Notes under the pieces: generated by a model
Database searches by the model: none
The model's input: the letters and a program-made list of their open reading frames with translations, nothing else
What the model was told of the DNA's origin: nothing
Source of the DNA: Lytechinus pictus
Taxonomy: Eukaryota
Assembly (NCBI RefSeq): GCF_037042905.1
Contig: NC_087251.1
Location: 33,234,001-33,298,000, forward strand
Direction of reading: 5' to 3'
Length of the DNA stretch: 64,000 bases
Shown: positions 13,172 through 27,394 of the stretch, piece after piece
Numbering within the stretch: position 1 is the stretch's first letter
How the letters are laid out: each line of letters begins with the position of its first letter
Translations under genes and position numbers: made by a program

Positions 13172-14987
13172 GTAAAACAAGTCTCGGCTATTGCTATATT
13201 TTGTGGAAAATTCCTACTTCTGGTGAAATTCACCCTAGTGTTCATTATCAGGGTGAATGGGAATAGTATTTTTCTCTTGTGTGAAAGCACTTTGAATTTA
13301 TTGTTTTACCCTCATCATGGCAGTTGGACAAACATGACCTTTAGAAGACCATTACTCCTGGCATCCATCCATCTCCATCTTTCCTCCCAACGTTGGGTGA
13401 ATCAATTGCCAAGTGTAATTGGGCGGCTTTAATTGTTTTGTGTTTAATGAATTCAGATTATCTTTTTTGTGCCACATTCATTTACACTCAAGGAAGATAG
13501 TAAATTTGAACATGGATTTGTAATGAAGCCAAGGACTTTTTAAAGTTGTCAAGATTTTTATTTGGCGCCTATACTTTGTTTTCAGATTCTCTTTTTTGTA
13601 CCATATTCATCACAAGATAATTTTTGTACATTGAAACTTGTTATCTAATGAGGCCAAAAGCTTCATGTACCTGCATCTACTATAACATTGCCTACTGGTG
13701 AAGTGTTTGTATCACAATGCTCTGTGTACCGGTACTTTATGTTTGGCAGATACTCATCTACACCGTACTGTAGTATAGGTATGTACATGTATGTGAAGTA
13801 GCCAGGTGGTTTGTAAATCATGTATTAACATGAGCATAATTACAACCTTCCATCTTTTTATCATGTGTGGAATCGAGGAAAATAGCTAATTATCATCTCA
13901 ATCCTCCATCATGCTACTGTACTGTAGTAAGTAGGCAAAACTGTGTTGCTGTATCTCTATGCATATAATGTATGCACATACTATAGATCCAAAATCAATT
14001 AAAATGTAGCATCAAATTAGACCGATACAACCACTTCCAGGAAGAAATTGAAAATGTTTGAAGTGCTAGATAATTAGATTTGGTGCATGTTGATACAGTG
14101 GGCTTAAAATGGATGTATACTGCATAAGAGCAGGGAAAATTAAGTTTAGGAACAATTGCATGTGAGGGGATACATGCAGTGGATAAAATGCGTACTGGTA
14201 GTTAAAGCGCTGAATATTGGAATAAGTTAAGAGGGATCAGGTTTTTAGAGAATGCATTCATGTGCTTTAAAACCCTTTAAAAAAAAATCCAAATTCCTTC
14301 CTCTTTTTGTTTTTTCTTTTCTTGTTGCTCTTGTTTTTGTCTTAATCTAATTTCTACATTTAAAGACTTTGATAAAATGTGTTGCCCACCTGTGTGTTTT
14401 GAATTATAATTCATATTTTATATATGTATATCTATATATATTTATTTTATACAATAGACCTATCATTTTAAGGCCAATAATTTTTCATCTGTTACTTAAT
14501 AGCTTTAATGGATTTTTGATATTTTAAACCTTTTATATTACTTATATATTGTGCTGTAATATGTATTAATTTCCTTCTTTAATAGTTGTTCTGTTTTACT
14601 ACATGTACATGTATCCATCTATGATTTGTACTTATGTAGATTTAAAATCATTAAATGCTACTGTAACTGTTTGTTGGGGACCTCTTTGAAAATCTGTTTG
14701 CTGAAAAAATTGCTATCCACACTTTGACAAGAACTAAAGTATTACAATAAATGTAAGCAGAGGAAGGCATAGATTAGGGAAATAACTACTAAAGTAACGG
14801 ATGTAGTAATCTTTAGAGGCTGTATCAGGCAGATGATCAGATCGATTACAATTTCTTGAGTTTTTTAAAAAGGAACTTCAGGTTCAAGTTCTAGGCGTGG
14901 AGGCAAACTTATACCCCCATGGTGCATTTGTGAATCATATGCATACTTCTTGATCTTTATAGCGATCATTGCTCCATAGCATAGAGT

Positions 14988-15251
14988 CAGTCTGCAAGTA
15001 CAGACCCTGATTAAAACTTTTATCAACAATTAGGTCTTCACACAAAGACTAGCACAAATAAAACTTGCTGTTTGGCAAGTCATTGCTAGTCTGCAGGCAC
15101 AGACCCTTATTGAAACTTTGATCAGCAAGTGTTTCTCCACGCAAAGACTAACACATACAAAACTTGAGCGAGAGGGCCTTCAGTACACAAGGCATGAGTA
15201 GGCTGCACATTCAGACCCTTAACTCAAGTGAAGGGTTTGCACAGCAGACAA
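14988..15251. mobile_element. TAGTCTG...CAGACTA MITE family copy (with partial tandem duplicate)
   Basis: Similar to 24311-24465 and 27231-27394. Confidence 0.65.
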
Positions 15252-16296
15252 GTACAGAGAAGTGATTAATCTCATAAACTTGTTATGACAAATCACGATT
15301 ATTATTGTGCTAATTGAGGTTCAAAACACAGATTGCACTAAATAATACGATTGCCAACTCAACTGATTCTCAGTCAGAAATTTCAACAATTTCTGGCTCG
15401 TTCTGTGTCCATATATATATTAGTGTGTGTGTATGTGGGGAGAGTTATTTGAACATATTGTGGTCCACTTCTCTCATCAGATCATCCCCAAGGTCTGAGG
15501 ACTTACATGTATCTAAGCCACTGTATAAATTGCTACTTTCATACATGCAAATGTAAGCGACAACAACAACAAAAATCTGCCCTCTCTACCCAAATTTTCA
15601 GTGGCCTGTTACGCCAAGTCAACAATTTTTTTGTTTTGCCAAATCTGCAACACTTAACAGAACTTTATGTAGAGTATTTAGCATTTCGTCTTGCTTTTAG
15701 ACTCAATAGAATAACAGAAGGTCATTGTACACGCTTGAACAGCAAAAGATGTTTATACCTCGTTACTTAGCTGAGTGCACAATTTTAATGAAGTACATGT
15801 ACATGTATAGCCTCAGACTGCATTTGATGAAGTCACATAATTGAAATGAAATGTGAGCATGTTGGTCTATTTTCCTTCTAAACAACCAACACAACAAATG
15901 TACAAATGATGGAATTGAATAACAGTGTTTTATCTATTTACTTAGATGAGATCATCTTATCCCTTTCATATGGATGCCAGCTACATGTACATGTATTTTT
16001 ATCCACAAAGTAGGAATATGTTGCAGCATTTGTATGGATATAATCCTGTTCATGGAGTATATGAATTTGGGTCAGTGAATTTACTGTTAGTTTTTTCCTT
16101 ATTTATTTTGCATCAGTGATATTGCTATAATAAAATACCGGTCCACCTAGAGATTGTGTGAAGTATTATTTTGCGTCACTCTGTACACTGTACATAATGC
16201 CATGATGAGATACATGAAAACAACTATTTTAAGCTTCCGGTAAGTGTGCAGAGCCTCTGAGGTAGTCATAATGCATCACATTGTCTTGAAAAACCA

Positions 16297-16843
16297 CCGG
16301 GGGGGGGGGGGGGGGGGGCGCTCAGTATATAACGCATAGTGGGTATGTGCCGCGGAGGGGACCCCCATTTTTACACTCAAATTTCCGTTCCAAGGCATAG
16401 CATTTTTGTCTTGTGAAAAAGAACAAAGAAAGCCGCATCAAAGCTTAGCACTTTCTTCTTATCGAGAAAAAGAAGAAAGAAATCCGCTCCAAAGCTTCGC
16501 ATATTTTCCGTTACGACGTTCCAGCCGTATTGATCTGCTACAATGAGCCGCAATTTTGGTGAAAAGCGGCCGCAGAGTGCTGTCTGACCATCGCATCTGC
16601 GCTAGCGCGCCCGTGCCGCCGGGCTAGCTGCATGCACGTATGCCCGTTCCATAGGGATGAATACGCAATCACACGCAGGCGACCCATTCCAAGGACCCCC
16701 GTTTTCACAAACACTTGTCGTTCCGAAGCCCGTTCCGAGGACCCTCCTTTTTACAATAAGCCCGCTCGAAGGCCCCCGTTTTTTGTCTCGCCCGCGGCAC
16801 ATACCCACTACTTTTTTGGTCAAGTGCCCCCCCCCCCCCCTGG
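16297..16843. mobile_element. Non-autonomous DNA transposon with CCG(G)n termini and 9-bp TSD
   Basis: gaaaaacca at 16288-16296 and 16844-16852; inverted subterminal tagtgggtatgtgccgcgg / ccgcggcacatacccacta. Confidence 0.85.
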
Positions 16844-18070
16844 GAAAAACCATTAAAAATTATTCAATTGGCTATTTTTTTTGTGTGTGTTTTGATATTT
16901 ATTAAAACTAGAGTCCTTTAAATCCAAGCTGAAAAACTTTCTTTTCAACCATCTAACATCTTAATTTAATTTATCCCATCATATTTCCTTATTATCTTTA
17001 TTTCATCAGTACAAGTCTTGAATTTTATATTTTACTGTCCATAGGGACTGCCTCGACAGATTATTTGCTTTGTTCTTTTGCAGCTTCCCATTTCATGTTC
17101 ATTTTTATGCATGTACTGTAAATAGCCTTGTACTGGCCTTTTTAAAAATCTTACTATGTATCTGTTTCTTTATGTATTTTTGTTATTTTTTATATGCTCA
17201 ATGTATTTTAATGGACTTGAATAAATCAATAAATGAAATATATTTTTTGATATTGCCCTTTTTATTATGTGTTCAGAAATGTAGTGTTAGTATTCACATT
17301 TGATTGAATAGTATATTTTAATGCATTAAGAAAAAAACATACAAAAGAAGTAAATAACAATATATTACAGAAAAAGTTCATGAACATATTTCATATTTGT
17401 ATAGAGTCTATAGACTATATGTATAATTTTTATTAAATACAAGAAAAGAGTATTGTAAACAATTAAATAAAACGAACTAGTAACTTGAAATTATAAACGC
17501 AGGAGGCCGTCGTCATGAGTGGGTTAAATTGCTTGATGTTGAGGTTTCAAGTTGGTAGCCTCAGATTTCATCTTGAATTAAAAATTGAGGGAAAATTGTA
17601 ACTTGCATGTATTTCATTGCTCAGTTTGATTCTATAGAATGGATGTATCATGTATTACACTTGAAATGTTTGCAAAATAACAATGATAATATTCCTCTTC
17701 TATATAGTGCTTTACAATGGACCAACATGTCTTTTAATTAGTGCTTGAAAGATATACATGTACAAGTGCAGGTACATTGTGGATACACAGTTTGCACCGT
17801 TCATTGACATTTAGATGTATTTTCGAGATATAGATTTATTCACATCCTCAGTATTGAAAACCACCGACACTAAAACGGAGGAAAAAGGGAATGTGTGGTT
17901 TATGTCAGCATATACATCGCATGCTGATGAAAGCTCTCATCTTGTTATCTTCCCCTCTAGTCCCACGCATGCTAATGTGACGTACCACTTTCCTCTGGCC
18001 ACGTCTTGTAAGCAGAGTGATCGAGAGGGGAGCATTCTTAGGAGAGGAGCGGAGCTGAACGTTACCCATC

Positions 18071-18193
18071 ATGTGGGGTGTAACCAATTCCTCTGAGAAC
18101 TGCAGTCTTCTGGGCAAGAACACTACGGCCATTTCCTTTCTTAAGTATGGAGGTATACCACAGAATATCGCCTACAACTGTATCTTTTATGTG
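18071..18193 (+). CDS. TMEM63: TMEM63 coding exon 1 (MWGVTNSSENCSLLGKNTTAISFLKYGGIPQNIAYNCIFYV)
   Basis: ATG with A at -3, in-frame TGA upstream at 18056, donor gtgagt at 18194; N-glycosylation sequons and GGIP resemble the TMEM63 N-terminus. Confidence 0.85.
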
Positions 18194-18642
18194 GTGAGTG
18201 TGGCAGGATTTATTTGACACTCTAAATGCGAGCACTCGGATACATTGTGTGAGTTGGAATAGGGACCTACAGACTATCATCCAAAAAGAGAGAAGGAAGT
18301 GTGATGATTATGAATAAAAAATTTCTGTACTAAATCAGTGACTGAATCTATTCATAATAAAATTAAACATGACAATTCATTTAAATGGGAAGAATTATAC
18401 TGGGAGAGATGGCAGTTTGGTTATCAAACAACTTTGAAAGCTGGAAGTAAATTGATTTTATTTGAATTTGAGTATATTCACAGTTTATTTGAGCAAATTG
18501 ATCCAGAAATGGCTGAAATACTACCCCCTATCGTTTCCTTGCTTGACGACGGTGTCATCCATTTGAGTTCAGTTACCAGCTAACAACATAAAAACAATTA
18601 TAAATCTATAATTTTTTTAATCTTCTTTTTTTTCTATGCCAG

Positions 18643-18725
18643 ATCTTGGTGGTTTTGTTTGCTATCTTCAGAAAAGTAGCTGGGGATTATGGTCGCATTG
18701 CTCTTGTGAACCAGGGCGAGGAAAG
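18643..18725 (+). CDS. TMEM63: TMEM63 coding exon 2 (ILVVLFAIFRKVAGDYGRIALVNQGEE)
   Basis: Polypyrimidine tract + ag, donor gtaag, DYGRIALV motif. Confidence 0.92.
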
Positions 18726-19546
18726 GTAAGAAATCAAATGTAATGCCCCCCTAAACAGGGACTTTGTGATACTCAGATACTGTTTTTAAGTCTTGGTTTT
18801 GTGCTAATTATAATACTAAAATTATATTTTGTGTCTCTGTTCATGTACATTATTTTTCATCTTTCCATTGTATAGTGGTTTAAAAATCTCTCACTTTTGG
18901 TGCAAAGAAGAAAAAAAGAGATGTTGCTCATCTTATTTTTATGAAATATACGTCAGTTGTTTGTTGATACCTGTGGTGGTAAGTAATGGACAGATCTTAT
19001 AATTTGTTACCATTTTAAAGAAAAAAAAACAACATTTTCTGTACTTAACCTACTGTATTTTTCCTACTTTCTTTTTGTTCCAAATTTTCAATTGTATTAA
19101 ATGCATCAATTTACCTGGGCTCAAGGTTGTTTTTTTTTACTGTAGGGGCAAATAACCCTTTCAGTCCCAGTGCTTTTTACTCATGTTTGTGCCCTTTGCT
19201 GCTTGTTAAGTGCAATTGTGTTGGACATGTAAGATTAATGCTGTAGAGTGTGAGGAGACCTTTGATAACGTAGTGCCGAAAGTCTTTGATGAAGATCTCA
19301 AAATTAATGATGGATCTTCAGCCGGAGTATACGACTGATGATGACACCACGGAATGTGAACTTAACCTCTTGGCTGGTAAACAAAAGACCACTGATGGAA
19401 ATCCACTCACAGATGCATCATAATCTGTTTGCTCAAGAATAGGTCCCTGTCTTACAAGGAGTTGTGATTGATCTGCTCCATTCAACTATGGAAAGCCATC
19501 AATGTCATAATTCTCTATATATAGAAAAATAGGAAATGTACACAAA

Positions 19547-19848
19547 GGCCCATATTCTGAATTCAGGTTTAACTTTATAAACCATGGTCTATCTCTGTGT
19601 TAAAATTATGGAAAGCCAAAAATATCAAAATTTTGTTTCTATGTTTACTGTGCTCTTCCCCAGTACTACAATGTTCAAGACAACTACCTCATTTATCCTT
19701 CCCTGTTAGATTAAGAATGATTTGAGAGTCAAATGAGCTGATACATTGAGTCTCTACTGTGAGAGATTTATGTCACAATTGGCTGTCCATAGTTAAACCA
19801 CAACTTTAGACCAGAGCTTAAATTAAACCCAACATCAGAATACGGGCC
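19547..19848 (-). mobile_element. GGCCCGTATTCTGAA-TIR MITE (about 300 bp)
   Basis: TIRs at both ends; inverted relative to the copy at 31188-31498; mini-derivative at about 60994-61047. Confidence 0.8.
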
Positions 19849-22800
19849 AAAATGGTTTTAGAAAAGAAAACGGGCACATTGTTTTGTCAAGACAATAATG
19901 CATGCAAGAGTGTACTGTACGTACCCCTGTACTTTTATTGATAAACATTTTGAACTGATGTATGAATTCTAGATGTTGGTGTTGGTGACTTTCCATAGTT
20001 GTGATCAATCAAATAAATCGCGAAGGTTTGTGAAACAGGACTCAGCTCCCTCTCTAGTGAGGATGTTCTCAAAGATGTGCCGATGCATCTTTGGAGTTGA
20101 TGCATCGGTGAAAGGAAAGGATTCACCAACGTCATTCTTGATGGGTACTGCTAATTTCTTTAGGGACCTTTATCCCATAGGTGGAGAGAAGAAAGATCAT
20201 TGGAGACTCATTAAATCTGAAAGCCCAATTACAGATTAGATGAGGAGAAGATTTATTGAGTCAAGGTATATACCCATGATGGGATAGTTTAAGAGCACGC
20301 CTCTCCTCCTTCATCTTCTTCAACCAACAACCAATTTTAATCCCCCTTCCATTTCTTTGAATCTCCTTACAGTTCTAAGAAGTCTTTGGAAAGAGAGAGA
20401 GGGGGGGGGGTTATACTTATATCTCTTAAATTAACCCCAGTAATGTAAAAACATTTGAAATTTACATTATTAATTCTCTTGATCACGGTAACCATTTGCC
20501 AAATATTGTCTAAATAATTAGAGGCACAAACTACAATTTGCTTTGTAATAATTAATGTGTATCTTTATTTATATATTTATTCAGATGAAAATGTAGATGT
20601 TACTTGGTTTATTTTATAGAGAGAGAGAGAAAAAAAAACCATATTCTATCTTTGTAGTCTGTTTTATTGTTTGTCGTTCCTAGCAACCTTGTGTCTATGT
20701 ATCATTGTATGAATTAAATTACGCAGTAACAAGCAAATATCCATGGTATACACCGTTTTATGTATTTTTAAAAATGTATATAGAAGAAGAAAGAGTAATG
20801 TAATGAATTCACTTTATGAAAGAGTGGGAGAGAAAGAGAAAGGGAAAGAGAGGGAGAGATATAGAGAAAGGGAGGTGATGAGAGGGAGAATGACAATAAA
20901 AATGACCCCAAGTAAAATTAATAAAAGAATTAATAAGATAAAGTATGTGTGCTCCTAAACCATCCTATCATCAGTATACCCCTTGACTCTTGTAATCATC
21001 ACAATATTATTGATATTACACTTTTGGTAAGGAGTGACTGCAAGATTCACAAAAATGCAACCTCCTGAAACTATTCATTCATCACCATTCTAAATAATAA
21101 AGAGAAAAACAAAACTTAATTACTATACACGGTTAAGGTTGCTTATCTCTCATTACCATAGCTGTCACCAGATCAATTTTGAGCAACTCCTTTAAAAAGC
21201 CCACTTGGAGATGGCTATAGAATACTGACTGCTTAAATGTCTGGGCCCTACAATAACAGAGTTCCCGTGGCCATATCATATTGATTGATTTATTGCGAAG
21301 GCAGACTTCATTTACATTTTACTATGCCGGAGTGGTGGAGTGCGGGAGGGCAATTTGAAATTCGATTTCTACATGTATAGCATGCTCTCTCTTTGGCGTT
21401 CAGTCGTTCCCCCACTCTGCCTGGTCTCGTGGGTTTATCAGTGTGTGAAGTCCCCCACTGCACCAGGGTTCATCCACACTGCAGGAGATAATGGTATAAG
21501 GAAATTATAATAGACGATATGCGGCCAATATGTATGTGTTCACACAGTACATGTATATGCCTATTATATTAATGAAATAAAATCTTGATGATACACATTG
21601 CTTTATCTGGAAAAGAACAAAATGCTTAGATAAAGGCACCTTTATTTATGAGTCATTTGAAGGCCATTGTCACAAGTTGGCACAATATCTTTCCATTCAT
21701 ATTTGTTGGGCCAGTGCTCTCTTTAACAAATGTTTCTTTTCAATGACCTCCTTCTCAAAGAAAAGGCATCCAGAACTTCTATTTTTCAGAATGATCATTA
21801 ATTTTCCAAACCAATAATCACACTTTTTCAAAGTTTGAATATATGAGACCAATTACCCTAGTAATCTATATGTTAATCATATCATGTACATACTAGTTAG
21901 TTTTATAAAGTGCGATTGTGAAAACTCCACTGCACATCATAAAGATGGCATGGAAACATTTTCTCAGTTTTGATAGTGGTGTAAATGGTGTGTCAAACTT
22001 GGTTTGGATTCAGGCAAACAGGAAACATCTCAATGCATCAGTCTGAAAATAACTGTTCAACGAATGAAAAATAGTGAATAATTGAATGTACAACACTTGA
22101 AATAGATGGTTCAAAAGAATGTGATGAAAATATCTCGAGGCATACTTGTTTTGTTCCAATTACCTTCCTTTTTTTCAGTTTGAAACTAGTTTACATTTAC
22201 TCCTTATGAGATGAAGTCATTCAGCTTTTTCATATGAAATAAACCTTTGATTCATTTTTAAAATGCTATTTACCGTATTAATTTCATTGAGACTATCCTT
22301 TTATTCTATAATATTTTTGGGGTTGCATGATTTTTTATGCCTGTTTGAGAGATTTCCAAGTCAGTGTTTTGGGTTAAAGTTTATTATATCTACTAATTAA
22401 AGTATTTGGCTTTCTGTGAGTCCATCTAGTAATAATGGCTTTATATTTATCAAGCATTATGCCCAGATGAAATGTTGATGTACATGTATGCCATATGAAT
22501 TTTCATGCAATGAGGATTGAATATTTTCAAATATTGAAATCGATTTCCTGTAAATATGAAATTGCACTGACCATTGAAGTGGCTGATAGTACATGTATGT
22601 ATGTCATATAGAAAATGTGTCAATAATATTGCCCACAGACTTCTGCATAATACATAATAAAAAATAGTTCTTGTCGATATGAAGTATTATAAATATCATT
22701 CCAAGTCCTTCACCTACAATACTGTCCAATAAATTGTCAGAGAAAGGATTAATGTTTAAATTGATAATTAATGTTATTATACTGCATAATACATACATGT

Positions 22801-23886
22801 GTCCTATGTCTTGATGCTCTAAAAAAGCTTGAGGACTTTATTTACATGTATGCATTATCCATTGAAATTTTATTGAACGAAAATGCCTTTTGCCATTTTC
22901 AGGTGAAGAGGCATAACCAGGAAAACCCTTTGAGTATTGAACTATCACAGAGGTTGATATAATAAGGCACACAAATTCCCCTGAAAGATGATTGCAAGTA
23001 TTATATTGAGGGAAAGGCGAGGACCTTCCCGCTGATGGAATTTACAGCAAACTGGATTTGGCGGGCAGAAAATGAGATGACCTTTGCGGAGAGCGTGTCT
23101 TTGTATATCTCATTTCCTTGCTAAGCCAAACCGTTCGCTACTTATGGCAGGTGGTTTATCGTTAGTCCACCTCATAAATGTATTGTTCTCTGATTGCTGA
23201 AGCACATGATGTCAGATGTAAAATGTCACATTGTAATATTTGAAATAATTAGTTTCAGTCATACACTGTACATACTTGTTGTTGTTAAATGTTGTTAAAT
23301 TCAATTGAACATTATATACATGTAAGACATTTGTATGAATATTTGGGTTGATATTTTAATATATTTTGTTTCGGCTGTATTCTCAACAATACACATTGAT
23401 GGAAATGTAAAGTTTACCCCAAAATCATTGATTTTTGTTTCTTGTCTTGAGCAATATAGTTTTTTGGTCGATACTTAATCATTAATTATAATCTTTATAT
23501 TTTTTTGGTGTCCATTCATTCTTTTATGTGAATGTACATGTATATACTTGCAATTTCTAAATGTATGTTTTCCTTGTTATTCATGTTATACCTGTATGTA
23601 TATTTCCCTCTTTCTCTATGACAGGAGAGTATTTTCATCACAAAATGGAACAGCAGGCTACAACATGTATGAATAAAATTCAATTCTTATTTCTGCAACC
23701 ATGCTTGAACCTCTCATCTCACACTCTTACACATTTTGGTTTGATAATCTTTGGTTCCGGTCTTTCTAATATCTTCAGAGCATTTTGCATTTTAGGTGTT
23801 GGTTCATACTAATGGATTTGATTGGTGCTAATCCTATTTTCTTTCTCACTTTCTACCTGGGCAATTCCATGAAATATTTATGTCTG

Positions 23887-24303
23887 AACGGTTTATTTCC
23901 AAATCGTCTAATGCCAATTCATCCAATTGCCAACTCGTCTACTATCTCATTTGGTCTACCATCAGTTCGTCCACTATCCACATGGTCTAATTGCCAATTC
24001 GTCCACTCACCATTTCATCTAATAACCAGTTGGTCCAATAGCCATGTAGTCCATATGCCATTTAGTCTAATTGCACTAATTGTTAATTGTGCAAAATGAA
24101 AGAAAAAGGAAATGGATATTAGACCACCTGGTTATGAGACGAAATGTTCATTGAAAAAATGATGATTAGACAAAGTGATGATTGGACCAAATGGTTGTTA
24201 GACGAAATGTTGATGGACAAAATGGCATTAGATGAAATGAAAGTAGACATTGTGGTAAGTGGACGAGTTGGCAGTAGACGAATTGGCAATTTACCGTCCG
24301 AAC
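23887..24303. mobile_element. Modular palindromic MITE (tcgtctac/ggtctaat modules)
   Basis: Left and right arms are imperfect reverse complements; a degenerate relative lies at about 62730-63170. Confidence 0.6.
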
Positions 24304-24310
24304 CCCTACA

Positions 24311-24465
24311 TAGTCTGCAGGCACAGGCCCTGATTTGATCAACAAGTGGGTTTTCACACAAGACTAGCACCATGCTGATTTTCAATTTGAGGGCCTTCAG
24401 TACAGTCATTGTAGGCTGTATATTCAGACCATTTAAGTCCAGTGTAGAGTTTACACAGCAGACTA
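24311..24465. mobile_element. TAGTCTG...CAGACTA MITE
   Basis: Short TIRs tagtctgc/gcagacta; three copies in the window. Confidence 0.7.
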
Positions 24466-24494
24466 CCCCCTATGTGTGGGGCCTACACCGGGGG

Positions 24495-24680
24495 GGGGGG
24501 GGTGTTTCATTAAAACTGTTTATGAGTTGAGAGTGACTTTGAGAACGACTGGTGAAGCTTTCTTACCCGCTAAACTATCGCCAATGAACATTTTGGTGTA
24601 TACCATTTACTGCAAGGAAGGATCACCAGTCGTTCTTAAAGTCGCTCTTAACTTACGAACAGCTTTATGAAACACCCACC
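24495..24680. mobile_element. Palindromic about 180-bp MITE (gggtgtttcat...atgaaacaccc)
   Basis: Near-complete hairpin; second copy at about 38957-39140. Confidence 0.75.
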
Positions 24681-27230
24681 TGAAATGCTTTGTTTCTATT
24701 TACAAGCTCATGAAAAGATGTAATGCTCTCCAATTATCTTGGCGGAAGCAGTTCACGGAGTGAAGTAAGTATAGATTAAATTGGGGGTTGGATGAAAAGG
24801 TTTAGTATTTTATGGAATTGCCCACTCAAGCATTTTTTTTATATTGACTAATGAATACATATTTATTTTCAGGTTTGCTCACATTGATTCACGAAACAGT
24901 TCATCATTGCATTTGCATCTTGAATTTGATTCTTACTATCCATTGCAAAATTCTAGTCCATGTCTTCTTTCATTTTCAAGTCAATCAAAGTTTGATTTCA
25001 AATAAAGCATAGCCAGACTTTTACACACTTGATAAATCATAATCGAAAATGATTGCATAACTTTTTGTAATCCATAAGATCTGTGATGATTTGGAAGTTA
25101 ACAAGTCCTGAATTTTATGGGAAACCTTCCTATTTTTCTTGCACAATGAGTAATTAACTTACAATGGTTTTTTATGTATGCTCTATTATTTGATGGATAT
25201 GAAATGATCTTTCAATTGTGACCAGCCAAAAATTTAATTTGTTTTTAGTGCTAGAAATCCTCGATTCTAAAATTATCAATTAATCTTTATTTCAAATCTA
25301 TCAGTGATTCTTCTTATTACATCATGCTCACCTTTTTCTTTTTTTAAATCTTAATCAATGTCACATTATTCTATTTTGTTCGTTTGGGGCTCTCTCTTTA
25401 AATATACATTCATACATTTTCTTTTATTTTAATCAGGTGTCAATTTATGGATTATGAATAAGGCTTCATTTAGTGCATCTTGCTTGAATATGTTTAAATC
25501 TATTTCATATGTTCATCCCCGTTTTGAGCATAGAAGTTTAATGGTAAGGAAGATATGTGCCATTATTTCACATTAATTTTCATTCTTTTATATGTCTTTT
25601 CTAATTGCCTAATTTTCCATCCACTCTCATGTTTTATTTGAAATCAATAATTGATATCGGATCCACTAAAACTCATGCAAAAATGTTTCAGTTAAAAAAT
25701 TCTTGTCTCACTTTTTTTAAAAAAGAATATTATTGAGTGATATCATTCAAACTTTGACTCTACTCTCTTATTGGAAACTAATCATCTAATAAATCCATTG
25801 CATCGTGCATGATGCTACATCACAGTTATTACAAATATCATCATCATAATTTCATAATCAATGTTTTCATTTTCAGCATCAATGTTCAGAATGCATTATT
25901 AACCAGTTGTAAACATGTGTAAGGCAATTATTGCGAAGAGGAGTTTAGGACCTCAAAATCTATTGCCAAATGCCATGGACCTTTCCCCCCCTATTTTTGT
26001 TTGCTCACCAAGAAAGAAGTTTAAGTTCATAAAAAGTGAAGAAAAAATGGCCCTAAACCTTAATCAGAAATAAAGCTACATGTATATTTTTGATAATATT
26101 CAGGTATTTTTTTCTCCTCTAATATCACATTGACTTTGTACACAAAATATTGTTGAGCAATGTCACTGTATAACTGAAGGAACCTTTAATGTTATCTTCT
26201 ACAACCATTATCAATATCTGCGTGTTTACATAGCTCAAGTGGATGATAAGCTATATTATGCATGTGTAATGAGTAGAAATACTTGTATGAGATTAAATTT
26301 TCATATACATTAGTTCCTCTTTTATATAAAGATATACTTGAAATGAGTACTTGTTCTTGCAATAATTTTTTTTTTTATCCATTCCTGTCATCTGTCTATG
26401 GATGTTGAACATGAAATAGAGATAGGTACCTTCTTTTTCTTATTTTGAATTCTGCTTTGTTTGCAAATTTTATATATTGTTTAATTTGAAGTGGCAATAG
26501 ATATATATAGTGAACAAGCACAGCAGGAATTTGGTGGAAATATAATTTCAAAAGTTTTTTATTCTCAATTTTGAATAAATGACAGAGTGCCACACCCCTT
26601 TATGACCTCTCCCCATTTCGCCTTCTTTGTCTTTCAGTTTATTTTATTTCTTTATAGTGGTAGGCTATCTTTCCATATTACAGCACAGATGGATATACAA
26701 AAATTTAAAGGGTACAATGAATCTCAAAGACCAATGACCTTCTAATTCAAGGGTCATGGATTAATTTAAGCCAAGTGTCATCTCTATATCCATCTTCATT
26801 CTTCTGCAGGAGGCACCTACCAATTCTTCCCCTATCCCCTCTTGAACATTTCGAGCCTGATCCTTTTGTCTTAATTTTGTAGGCCACTGGGCCTAGTTAT
26901 GAACGTTATTATAGACCTCTTCTATGCAGGATGCATGCCCAGTGGGTTATCTAGGGGAATAGACACTGAGCAAAAGCTATGAAAATTGCGACCCTTCCAG
27001 TGTTGCCCTGGGGCAATGCTGAAAATCGTGTCTCCTTTAAAACTGTTGTGGCCACTGGCTCCTTTGCTTGTTCTTAAATATTAAACTTTCTAATTTGCTT
27101 CATTTTTTTTAAATTTCTGTTATTCTTTTTATTTTGCTTTACTCTTGATTTTCCCAATTTGATTTTCCCTTACACCACTATTAAAGTGCAGTGGTATGTA
27201 TGCGACAGGACTTTAACCTTGGTAACAATT

Positions 27231-27394
27231 TAGTCTGCAGGCACAGAGCGTGATTGAAAATTTGATCAACAAGTGGGTTCTCACACAAGACTAGCATGTA
27301 TAAAACTTGTTGAGTGAGTGGGCCTACTGTACATAAGTCGTAGGCTACACATTCAGACCATTTGAATCAAGCGATGGGTTTGCCCAGCAGACTA
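27231..27394. mobile_element. TAGTCTG...CAGACTA MITE
   Basis: As 24311-24465. Confidence 0.7.

Noticed and set aside
43..17303. Short ORFs upstream of TMEM63 as independent genes
   Set aside because: They are low-complexity or TE-derived, with no recognisable domains apart from the CR1 fragment; the promoter and non-coding first exon cannot be located from sequence alone
24707..24764. Cassette exon in intron 2 (ag...gtaagt)
   Set aside because: Gives an immediate TGA in the TMEM63 frame and has a weak aag acceptor
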